Shown: in pieces, positions 9,291 through 17,420 of the stretch
How the letters are laid out: every line of letters starts with the position of its first letter
How positions within the stretch are numbered: the stretch's first letter is position 1
Source of the DNA: Acidimicrobiia bacterium
GTDB lineage: Bacteria; Actinomycetota; Acidimicrobiia; Spongiisociales; ZC4RG35
NCBI GenBank assembly: GCA_965248705.1
Contig: CBDFJY010000002.1
Coordinates: forward strand, 1,322,980 to 1,386,979
Direction: 5' to 3'
DNA: 64,000 nt
The notes under the pieces: generated by a model
Seen by the model: only the letters and a program-made list of their open reading frames with translations
Database searches by the model: none
What the model was told of the DNA's origin: nothing
Program-made: the position numbers and the translations under genes

Positions 9291-10207
9291 TGTTCGAACA
9301 GATCTTCGACACCGCTCTCTTCGACTCGGCCACCCGGGCCATGATCCCCATCCTGCTGGCGGCGCTCGGCGGCATGATCTGCGAGCGTGCGGGGGTCTTC
9401 CAGATCGCCCTGGAGGGAATCATGCTAGCGGGGGCTTTTGCGGCGGTGGCCGGTTCCTATCTGGCCCTGAGCTCCGGCGTGGGGGTGATCTTCGGGATGG
9501 CGGCCGGGATGCTGATTGCCCTCGCTCTTGCATACGGCACGGTTACCCGCCAAGGCGATTCCATCGTGCTGGGGATAGCCTTGAACCTGCTGGCGATGGG
9601 CCTCACCGGCTTCTTACTACCGCAACTCTTCGATGTGCGAGGGGTCTTGCAGCATCCCCGCATCGACGGGCTGGACAGGATCGCCATTCCGGGCCTGTCA
9701 CAGCTCCCCTGGGTCGGGCCGGTGCTCTTCGACAACACCGTCCCCACCTACCTGGCGCTGCTGCTGGTACCGGCCCTGTGGGTGTTCCTGTTCCGCTCTC
9801 CGATTGGTTTGCGTCTCCGGGGGGTGGGTGAGCGGCCCCTGGCTGCGGAGACTCTCGGGGTGAGTCCGACCGTCTACAAATACGGAGCGGTTTTGGCGTC
9901 CGGCGCCTTGGCCGGGATGGCCGGGGCTCAACTCTCATTGGGCAACGTGGTGCAGTTCGCCGAGAACATGTCCAGCGGGCGGGGCTGGGTGGCGGTGGTG
10001 GCGGTGATGTTGGGCCGGGCCCATCCGGTGGGTGTCCTGGCTGCCGCCGCTCTTTTCGCTTTGGCCGAGGCGCTTGGCTTCCGCTTCCAGGGCAACGGCC
10101 TCCCGGTGCAGATAACCGACGCCCTTCCCTTCGTGGTGACCCTGTTGGCTCTGGTGGTCGCTCGCAAGCGATTCGCCCGCCTTCTCGACCTGACCACCGC
10201 CGGTTGA
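9290..10207 (+). CDS. ABC transporter permease
   Basis: Second permease. The start ATG overlaps the previous stop (ctgATGttc). The C-terminus is ..LLALVVARKRFARLLDLTTAG. Confidence 0.75.
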   Translation: MFEQIFDTALFDSATRAMIPILLAALGGMICERAGVFQIALEGIMLAGAFAAVAGSYLALSSGVGVIFGMAAGMLIALALAYGTVTRQGDSIVLGIALNLLAMGLTGFLLPQLFDVRGVLQHPRIDGLDRIAIPGLSQLPWVGPVLFDNTVPTYLALLLVPALWVFLFRSPIGLRLRGVGERPLAAETLGVSPTVYKYGAVLASGALAGMAGAQLSLGNVVQFAENMSSGRGWVAVVAVMLGRAHPVGVLAAAALFALAEALGFRFQGNGLPVQITDALPFVVTLLALVVARKRFARLLDLTTAG

Positions 10208-10249
10208 GTAGGCTGGGTTTGGGTGAGAGGCGGGGCCGGGAGCGGCCGC
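10135..10249. repeat. direct repeat copy A (3' end of permease gene plus about 40 nt downstream)
   Basis: ggtgaccctgttggctctggtggtcgctcgcaagcgattcgcccgccttctcgacctgaccaccgccggttga.. recurs imperfectly at 11204..11318. Confidence 0.7.
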
Positions 10250-10313
10250 GCTGTTCCTGATCACATCCAAGAAGCGATGACCGACCGGAAATGGGAATAC
10301 AAGGAGCAATGTC

Positions 10314-11159
10314 ATGAGCAACAGGGGGCTTTGGGAGCGTTTAGAGCGACGCTTGAATCACAAGATTGAGAAATTCGCGGGAGTAGCGGGAGTTTCAGTG
10401 ATGGATCTGAAGCGTGGAGACGGAGTGTCCATACGTGGCAGCGAGGTGTTTCCCACGGCGTCCACTATCAAGATCCACATTTTGACACAGCTCTTGAGCC
10501 GTGCCGAGAGAGGTGAGATAGACCTTGGTGAGCGCGTCAGGATCACACCCGAGATGCGCGGAACAGGTAGTGGAGTAATCCACTATATGGAAGGTGAGCC
10601 CGAGTTGTCAGTGCTGGATATAGCCATCCTGATGATCATTGTGTCGGACAATACGTCGACGAACATGTGCATAGATTGGGCGGGCATGGAGGCAACCAAT
10701 GCGCTGTTGCGTGACATGGGACTGACCGCGACGAAGTTACGGCGCAAGATGATGGACAGCGAGGCTATACACAGGGGTGACGAGAATGTTTCGACGCCGA
10801 ACGAACTCGTTGCGATGCTGGAGATGCTGTATCGGGGTAAGCCGTCATCCAAAGTGGCGGAGCAGGTCCTGCGGATCATTGGTAAGCCCAAGACTGCACC
10901 GTTGAACCGGGCGATACCGTCCAACTTGGTGGTTGCGAACAAATCGGGCGGCATGGAACGGGTCCGCTGCGATGCTGGAATTGTGTTTCTGGGAAACCGA
11001 CCCTACGCCATAGCGGTGATGACCAAATTCGCATTGGAGGACGTCGTAGGCCGGGAAGCATTCATCATGGATCTGGCACGGGACGTACATCAGACGATGG
11101 TGGCACTGGACAGCACCAACGATTTCGGGTTGGGCGTACTTACGTACACGGGTTACTAG
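10314..11159 (+). CDS. class A beta-lactamase-like serine hydrolase (no signal peptide detected)
   Basis: STIK (SxxK), SDN and KSGG (KTG-like) motifs in canonical order and spacing. The coding region is visibly lower in GC than its flanks. Confidence 0.65.
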   Translation: MSNRGLWERLERRLNHKIEKFAGVAGVSVMDLKRGDGVSIRGSEVFPTASTIKIHILTQLLSRAERGEIDLGERVRITPEMRGTGSGVIHYMEGEPELSVLDIAILMIIVSDNTSTNMCIDWAGMEATNALLRDMGLTATKLRRKMMDSEAIHRGDENVSTPNELVAMLEMLYRGKPSSKVAEQVLRIIGKPKTAPLNRAIPSNLVVANKSGGMERVRCDAGIVFLGNRPYAIAVMTKFALEDVVGREAFIMDLARDVHQTMVALDSTNDFGLGVLTYTGY

Positions 11160-11203
11160 CAACAGTGTTTGCTTGTTGCGACAATGGAGGATTTGCGTAA
11201 CCC

Positions 11204-11318
11204 GGTGACCCTGCTGGCCTTGGTGATCGCTCGCAAGCGTTTCGCCCGCCCCCGGGACCTCACCACCGCCGGATGACTAAGCTGGAATCTGTGAAAGGAA
11301 AGGACCGGAGGCGGCCGT
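11204..11318. repeat. direct repeat copy B (diverged remnant of the permease 3' end)
   Basis: ggtgaccctgctggccttggtgatcgctcgcaagcgtttcgcccgcccccgggacctcaccaccgccggatga.. encodes PVTLLALVIARKRFARPRDLTTAG*. Compare VVTLLALVVARKRFARLLDLTTAG* for the real C-terminus. Confidence 0.7.
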
Positions 11319-11352
11319 AGAATTCCTATACCTGTTCGGGTTAGCGGTCGGG

Positions 11353-11838
11353 TTGCCGCTATTGCTGGTTTTCGCTTTTGGGGGCGAAGTGGGCGCCGAC
11401 ACCGACACTGGTTCGGACGGAGGTTTTTTCTCGCGGGTGTCGATCAGTGCTGTCGCCTTTGGGGCTACCTTCTTTGGACTTTCCGGTCTGTTCACCGTGT
11501 GGGTGGGGCTATCCCCTCTGCCGGGGGTGTTGATCTCCGCGGGGGTGGGAGTTCTGGGGGCAGCCTTTCACAACGCCCTTTTTGGTTGGCTGCGCCGCAC
11601 GGAGGCGTCCAGTGAAGTCACCAACCAGGACCTCGAAGGCGCCACCGGTTTGGTCGTGTTGCCGGTTTCTACCGACAGGCGGGGGCAGATAGTTGTAGAA
11701 GTGGCGGGGCAGCGACTTCGGATTAGCGCCTCCCCCGCCAATCCGGAAGATCGGCTGGCAAAGGGAATCAGGGTGAAAATCGTGGAAATGGATGGCGGCG
11801 TGGCTCTGGTAATAGACTTAGGCACAGAAAGAAAGTAG
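11353..11838 (+). CDS. NfeD-like membrane protein (partner of flotillin)
   Basis: N-terminal hydrophobic segments followed by a C-terminal OB-fold-like region (GQIVVEVAGQRLRI..VKIVEMDGGVALVI). It lies immediately upstream of an SPFH/flotillin gene. Confidence 0.6.
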   Translation: MPLLLVFAFGGEVGADTDTGSDGGFFSRVSISAVAFGATFFGLSGLFTVWVGLSPLPGVLISAGVGVLGAAFHNALFGWLRRTEASSEVTNQDLEGATGLVVLPVSTDRRGQIVVEVAGQRLRISASPANPEDRLAKGIRVKIVEMDGGVALVIDLGTERK

Positions 11839-13142
11839 TGAATATGTTTGGAAATGCAGGAACTCCGTTGTTGCTCGGCGCGGCAGTTGCGTTGGTGATA
11901 TTGATTCTGATCGGAATCGTCAAGTCTTTGGTGGTGATTTGTCCTCCCAACCGGGTGGCGGTGATTTCCGGACGCAAGCGCGCACTGAGCGACGGGCGGA
12001 AGGTGGGCTATCGCCTGCTACAAGGAGGACGGACGCTGCGTGTCCCTCTCATTGAGCGGGTCCAGTGGATGAGTCTGAACACCATTCCGTTGGAAGTGGC
12101 GGTGACCAACGCCTATTCGCGGGGGACGATTCCTCTGAATGTGGCGGGGATCGCCAATGTGAAAGTGTCAAGCCGTGAAGGATTGCTGGAAAACGCCGCT
12201 GAGCGGTTCCTGGGACGGTCCAGTGCTCAGATCGGACAGATTGCGAAGGAGACGCTGGAGGCCAACCTGCGAGGCGTGTTGGCGACCTTGTCGCCCGAAG
12301 AGGTGAATGAAGACCGACTCAAGTTTTCGCACCAGTTGATTGATGAGGCCGACGACGACATCAAGACCCTGGGTCTGGAACTTGATGTCCTCAAAATCCA
12401 GAACGTCACCGACGATGTCCAGTATTTGACCTCGGTGGGGCGCCTTCTCACCGCCGAGGTGATTCGTAATGCCCGTGTGGCGGAAGCAGAACGCAAAGCA
12501 GAGGCGGAAAAGGCCGAGGCTGCCGGTCGGCAAGTTGGACAGGTCGCCGGCCTTGAGGCGGACAGGGCGATCGTGGTGGAGAACAATGGTCTGCGGGTCC
12601 GTACCGCCGAACTGGAGGCCGTCTCGAACGCACGAGAGGAGGAAGCGCTGGTGGCGGGAGAGGTCGCCAAAGTCGTGGCCAGTCAGGAGTTGGAAGGCCA
12701 GCGCATCGAGCTGGAGAAACGACGCGTGGAGGCGGCGGTGGTGGTTCCGGCCCGAGCCGAATTGGAAGCTCAACAACTGCATGCCCGGGCCGAAGCAGCG
12801 TCGATCATCGAGGACGGAAGAGCCCAGGTTGAGGTGTTCAAACTCCTCACCGATCAGTATCAGGCAGCCGGCAAGGACGGGCACCATGTGCTGGTGCTCA
12901 ACATGCTTCCCGAACTGATCGACAAGATCGTCGCTACCGTGCAAGGAGTCAAGATCGACCGGGTGGCGGTGGTGGACTCCAACAGCGACCGGGGCAGCAG
13001 CGGTGGAGGTATACCCGGCCTGGTTTCCCAACTGCCCGCCGCTCTGGTGGCCCTGACGGAACAGATAGATGCCGCCACCGGAGTGGACATCCTTGGCTCG
13101 CTACGCCGCCATGTCGACGAACCGACGGAGGACAACGGGTAG
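11838..13142 (+). CDS. flotillin / SPFH (band 7) domain protein
   Basis: N-terminal TM, an SPFH domain, then a long Ala/Glu-rich coiled coil (AEAERKAEAEKAEAAGRQ..). Typical of YqiK/FloA-like flotillins. Confidence 0.8.
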   Translation: MNMFGNAGTPLLLGAAVALVILILIGIVKSLVVICPPNRVAVISGRKRALSDGRKVGYRLLQGGRTLRVPLIERVQWMSLNTIPLEVAVTNAYSRGTIPLNVAGIANVKVSSREGLLENAAERFLGRSSAQIGQIAKETLEANLRGVLATLSPEEVNEDRLKFSHQLIDEADDDIKTLGLELDVLKIQNVTDDVQYLTSVGRLLTAEVIRNARVAEAERKAEAEKAEAAGRQVGQVAGLEADRAIVVENNGLRVRTAELEAVSNAREEEALVAGEVAKVVASQELEGQRIELEKRRVEAAVVVPARAELEAQQLHARAEAASIIEDGRAQVEVFKLLTDQYQAAGKDGHHVLVLNMLPELIDKIVATVQGVKIDRVAVVDSNSDRGSSGGGIPGLVSQLPAALVALTEQIDAATGVDILGSLRRHVDEPTEDNG

Positions 13143-13149
13143 GCCTAGC

Positions 13150-13212
13150 CACAAGTCGGCTTTTGCCGGCTTGCTCGTATGGGTGGAGGGCTACCAAGAA
13201 CCCGATGAACAA
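13150..13212 (-). pseudogene. remnant copy of the 3' end of membrane-protein gene 15341..15700
   Basis: Minus-strand translation FIGFLVALHPYEQ matches the C-terminus FLGFLVALHQYEES of the intact gene. The nucleotide repeat gtatgggtggagggctaccaagaacccgatgaa matches gtattggtggagggctaccaggaacccgaggaa at 15371..15403. Confidence 0.6.
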
Positions 13213-13307
13213 TCCCCGCCGACCAGGGCCGGGCAGCCCAAACTGTCGCAGTGCGCCGCCAACCTTGGTGGAACAGCCGGAGGCAACGGCTGTAGGTTGG
13301 GTAACGC

Positions 13308-14309
13308 TTGGAGGTCCCTATGGAAAGCGCTCTGCAGACCGAGCTCGAACTGGAGATTGATCATCCGAAGCAGGGTCGCGTAAAGACACCTGTTTACCTC
13401 ATCCAAGCTGGGATGACTGATAAAATTAGCCCTATCAGATCGCACCAAATCGAAGTTTCGCCTATTCCCGCGGTAAACGTCGCCTCGGTGCCGCAACGCA
13501 GTCCGCTCCGCTATCCAGGCGGCAAGACATGGCTGGTCCCTCATATCCGTGCTTGGCTCAGCAGCTTCTCCGAGAGGCCCAGGTTGCTGGTCGAACCCTT
13601 CGCCGGCGGGGGGATTGTTTCACTGACCGCCGTTATGGAAAATTTGGTTGAACGTTGTCTTATGGTTGAGCTGGATCGCGACGTGGCTGCCTTCTGGCAC
13701 GCAGCCCTGCGTAAAGGGGAGGAACTCGCTGAAAAGGTGTCATGCTTCACGCCCACGAGAGAAGCGGTGCACTTGCTGGCGAGCCGCGAGACACACGACA
13801 TCGTGGAACACGGTTTTCGCACCCTCGTGTTGAATCGGACCCGCCGGGGTGGCATTCTGGCTCCGGGCGCCTCGTTCAGCCGAGTGGGTGAAAACGGCAA
13901 AGGGCTTGCTTCTCGCTGGTATCCCGAAACGATCGTGAATCGCTTGCAGGAAATAACGAAACACGCCGACCGCATCAGCTTCTGTGAGACGGATGGCATG
14001 AAGATGCTGGAAGCTTTCTCGGGCGAACTTGGTGGTGGCGCAGCTGTTTTCGTGGATCCGCCTTACACCGCCGGGGGCAAACGGGCCGGCAAGCGATTGT
14101 ACGCGCACAGCGAAATAGACCACCCACTGCTCTTTGAGATGCTCGCCGAGAGTGGCGCCGATTTTCTTATGACATACGATCTCTCATACGAAGTCGCCGC
14201 CTTGGTGCAAAAGCACGGCTTCCATGCTGTCCAGGTGACCATGAAGAACACGCACCACGCCCGGATTCCTGAATTGGTGATCACCCCTCGACCTGTGTTT
14301 GGTCCATGA
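13308..14309 (+). CDS. DNA methyltransferase, Dam-like D12 class (N6-adenine type motifs)
   Basis: LRYPGGK, EPFAGGG (FxGxG SAM motif I) and FVDPPY (DPPY motif IV). The true start may be the internal ATG near 13413. Lower GC than the host. Confidence 0.8.
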   Translation: MEVPMESALQTELELEIDHPKQGRVKTPVYLIQAGMTDKISPIRSHQIEVSPIPAVNVASVPQRSPLRYPGGKTWLVPHIRAWLSSFSERPRLLVEPFAGGGIVSLTAVMENLVERCLMVELDRDVAAFWHAALRKGEELAEKVSCFTPTREAVHLLASRETHDIVEHGFRTLVLNRTRRGGILAPGASFSRVGENGKGLASRWYPETIVNRLQEITKHADRISFCETDGMKMLEAFSGELGGGAAVFVDPPYTAGGKRAGKRLYAHSEIDHPLLFEMLAESGADFLMTYDLSYEVAALVQKHGFHAVQVTMKNTHHARIPELVITPRPVFGP

Positions 14310-15184
14310 GCACCCGTTACGGGATCGCGGAATGGTATGGCCGCCTATTTTCAGAACTCTCTCCCGAAACCCGGCATACCCTGGCAAGGAAGGCGTTGCG
14401 AGAAGATCCAGAGGCTCCGCCCTGTCCGTTTCAGAAGAACAAACCTCCCTGCCGCAAGCGTGGCGGAGTGTGTTCCCTGCGCCGTTACCAAAGAGGTGAG
14501 AGTGATCGCATCGGCCTTCCCAAGGGCGATCCGGTCGTAGTGTGCCCTGCTCGATTTGAGGAAGGACAATTATTGGTCGAATGGCTCGCTGAGATTGTCG
14601 GTTTCTCATCGAGCGAGGCGAGGCTGGCCCGCGAAGTGCCTTTCATGCAGGGCACCAGCACCGGTAAACCGGCTGGGAAGATAGATTTGGTAGTGGCCAA
14701 GGCCTCCAACGGCGACCTCAAATGGTATGGCTTGGAGATCCAGGCTGTTTATTTCTCAGGCAGAGGAATGAACTCCGAGTATTTGGGTCTTCGAGATGAC
14801 GACTGTAAAGACCCGCCGTTTCCGGGAGCGGTTCGCCGGCCGGATTGGCGATCCTCAAGTGCAAAGCGCCTCATGCCACAGTTGCAGATCAAGGTACCAA
14901 CCCTCCGTCGGTGGGGATCGAAGCTAGCTGTAGCGGTGGATCGGCCTTTTTTCGATTCGATGGGAGGGCCGAGTTCTGCTCCAAGCAGTGATCTCAATGA
15001 TGGTGATATCGTGTGGATGGTCCCGAGGCTCCTACCCAACGACACGGGGGGCAACGCGTTGTCCCGTGGCCACTGGGAAGTTCTTACCTTGGAGGAATCC
15101 AGCAGGAGACTTCTTGCCGCGGAAACCATCCCGCGTCGCGCCTTCGAACAAACACTAAGAGAGAAGCTGGAGCCCATCGGCTAG
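14306..15184 (+). CDS. putative type II restriction endonuclease, NotI-family-like
   Basis: Its ATG overlaps the MTase TGA (ATGA). A Cys cluster PPCPFQKNKPPCRKRGGVCSL, then VVCPARFEE and YGLEIQAVYFSG, resemble the NotI motifs TGTCPFL..SCVK..RGVCVV, LVCPNRALD and YGVLEIQTMDFHG. The comparison is from memory. Confidence 0.5.
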   Translation: MSTRYGIAEWYGRLFSELSPETRHTLARKALREDPEAPPCPFQKNKPPCRKRGGVCSLRRYQRGESDRIGLPKGDPVVVCPARFEEGQLLVEWLAEIVGFSSSEARLAREVPFMQGTSTGKPAGKIDLVVAKASNGDLKWYGLEIQAVYFSGRGMNSEYLGLRDDDCKDPPFPGAVRRPDWRSSSAKRLMPQLQIKVPTLRRWGSKLAVAVDRPFFDSMGGPSSAPSSDLNDGDIVWMVPRLLPNDTGGNALSRGHWEVLTLEESSRRLLAAETIPRRAFEQTLREKLEPIG

Positions 15185-15340
15185 CTAGAGCCTTATGGCC
15201 TTTAGTGATCTGATTGCATATCGTGCAAAGAGCATGGCCGGTTCGTTTTTACAAAATACCTTATTGGTAAGGGAAAACCGCCAAGGGCGTGACGCAGCAA
15301 AGTTATGACCGAATATGGCCTCCGGGTCATGCGCTCGGGT

Positions 15341-15700
15341 TTAGAGGTCGGCTTTTTCGCGGGATTCTTCGTATTGGTGGAGGGCTACCAGGAACCCGAG
15401 GAAGAGCACGGCCGAGACCACGGTGAAGGTGATTGGGATGATCCGCACCTCGAAGGCGTTGAGTCCCTCGATGTTGGCCGGGCGGGGACCTCGGGGAGCG
15501 TAGAGGACGAAAAGCAGGCTGCCGATGGTCATCCAGGCCGAAATCCCGGCCCCGGTCACCAAGAAAGCCAGCTTCTTTCCCAGGTTGGTGTAGTTCAGTA
15601 GGTAGACGGTGCCGTAGAAAACCAGGATCGCCGTCACCAAGAGGATGATTCCGGTGACGAACAGATTGGCCGAAAGCAGGGATCGAAACAGTTCACGCAT
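15341..15700 (-). CDS. small integral membrane protein (3 predicted TM)
   Basis: Hydrophobic 119-aa ORF, last gene of the respiratory operon. Its 3' terminus is duplicated at 13150..13212. Confidence 0.5.
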   Translation of the reverse strand: MRELFRSLLSANLFVTGIILLVTAILVFYGTVYLLNYTNLGKKLAFLVTGAGISAWMTIGSLLFVLYAPRGPRPANIEGLNAFEVRIIPITFTVVSAVLFLGFLVALHQYEESREKADL

Positions 15701-15703
15701 AGC

Positions 15704-17410
15704 TCAGTTCCCCTTGCCGTTGAGGTTGCCTGCCCACAGGTAGTCCACCAGCAGATCCAGGTCGTCGGAGGAAAGCACCGCCCCGAAAGCGGGCATCTGC
15801 CCGTTCCCGAACCCGCTCACCCCGTAGGGCAGGTCGGCCACCGCCCCCACCAGCAGGAAGGAGCGAAGGTCTTCCTTGGCGATGAACTGCACTCGCGGTC
15901 TGCCCTTCCACACTGCCGGCCCGAACCCTCCCGAGCCTGGCTCGGAGGCATAGGGTGTCCCCGCTGACCAGCCGGAAGTGTGACAGCGCGCACAATAGCC
16001 GGTGAACACTCCAACCGCCCGGGTGGCCTGGTCCGTATCGCCGTCAAAAGCCGCGTCGGCCACTCCTTCCAGATCTATCTCCCACTTCCGCTCCATCTGG
16101 GCGTCCCGCAACTCTTCGAGGCCGGCGCGGGCGGGAACGAGCAGCCGCTCGGCGTTTTCGGTTCGCACCGACAGGTTTATCGCCGCGCTCGCCATACCGG
16201 AGACCGCGGTGGCGGCTGCCCGGTCGTCGGTGATCCCCCCGCCCGAGGAAGCCCGCTCAGGATCCAGGTTGACCACCATCAGGGTGTTGGGGCGGAGCGC
16301 TGTCCGGGCTATGGCCAGTTCGGCGGTGAGCACCCTTTCCAACCGGTCGGAGAGGCCGTCTCCATCCGAGTCTTCCTCGTCCTCGGCGTTAGCCGCCGTC
16401 TCGATAGAGGCAAGCCGCAACTGGAGAATCGGGGCCTGGGGCGCCATCGCCCGCAGGGTGGAGCGGGCAAGGTCGGCCACGGCGGCGTCGGGTCGCCCGT
16501 CCGTTGCGGGGTTTTGCGGATCGAAGGTCAAAGCTTCGATGTCGGTGAAGTCGAACAGGGCGGCGGCTGAGGCGGTTAGCTGGGAGATCGTCACCTCGGA
16601 GATATCCGACAGGTTGTCCCCGTCGCGGTCGATTCCCTGGTCCGAGAGTTCGAGGGTCCGGCGGGCGAGGACCACCAGTTCGGCCATGGTCTCGGCATGC
16701 CGTGGCGCCTGTTCTATATCGGCGATCAACTGCTGTTGCTCGATGATGGCCCTTTCCAGCGACTGGTCGGCGTTCTCCAGAAGGCTCAGCTGGTTCACGA
16801 CCATGCCGTCGGTTTTGCGAAGGGTCTCCTGTTGGGAGATTTGGATGCTCTCCAGGTAGTTGACGATGTCAAAGATCTGCTGTTCGTTCATGGGCCCCCC
16901 TCCCACGGTGCCCCAGGGGGGCATGGGGGAGTTGCCCCGCCCGTATGTAATCCAATAGGTGATGATGTCGCGGTCGTAACGCAGGAAGACGTCATCGAGA
17001 GCCGGCGCCGACCAGGACACGTTCACCCCGGTCCGCTTCTCCACATAGCTGGCCACTCCCCCCACTCCGCTAGGGCCGTGACAGCTCCAGCAGTCGGCAT
17101 CGTCAGGTCCCACCAACTCGGCGCCCCGTTCCACCGACTCCTCGTGGAACTGATCGACGAAGCTGAGTTGACGATCGGTCTCACTCAGGTAGTAAACCGC
17201 CAGTCCGACCGCCAGGAAGGCGGAGAGCAGAACTGCGCCCTGTTGGATGCGCTCCAGCCGGCGGGTCTCCAAAGCGTCGTCGGTGACCCCCGGCGCCTGG
17301 TTGGGAGGTATTCCTTCCCGGCGACGGGATCGAAGCGCGGCCACTCCCAAAAAAGAGAGCCAGATCACCGCTCCCACGACGACCAGGGTTATTACCAGCG
17401 AAGAGTCCAT
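15704..17410 (-). CDS. membrane-anchored diheme cytochrome c with a large acidic insertion
   Basis: Two CxxCH motifs (CWSCH near the N-terminus, CARCH near the C-terminus). Each has a downstream Met ligand context (MPPWG, MPAFG). Two N-terminal TM helices. A roughly 300-aa Asp/Glu-rich insert carries DRDGDNLSD and DSDGDGLSD motifs. Confidence 0.8.
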   Translation of the reverse strand: MDSSLVITLVVVGAVIWLSFLGVAALRSRRREGIPPNQAPGVTDDALETRRLERIQQGAVLLSAFLAVGLAVYYLSETDRQLSFVDQFHEESVERGAELVGPDDADCWSCHGPSGVGGVASYVEKRTGVNVSWSAPALDDVFLRYDRDIITYWITYGRGNSPMPPWGTVGGGPMNEQQIFDIVNYLESIQISQQETLRKTDGMVVNQLSLLENADQSLERAIIEQQQLIADIEQAPRHAETMAELVVLARRTLELSDQGIDRDGDNLSDISEVTISQLTASAAALFDFTDIEALTFDPQNPATDGRPDAAVADLARSTLRAMAPQAPILQLRLASIETAANAEDEEDSDGDGLSDRLERVLTAELAIARTALRPNTLMVVNLDPERASSGGGITDDRAAATAVSGMASAAINLSVRTENAERLLVPARAGLEELRDAQMERKWEIDLEGVADAAFDGDTDQATRAVGVFTGYCARCHTSGWSAGTPYASEPGSGGFGPAVWKGRPRVQFIAKEDLRSFLLVGAVADLPYGVSGFGNGQMPAFGAVLSSDDLDLLVDYLWAGNLNGKGN

Positions 17411-17420
17411 GACATTCCTC

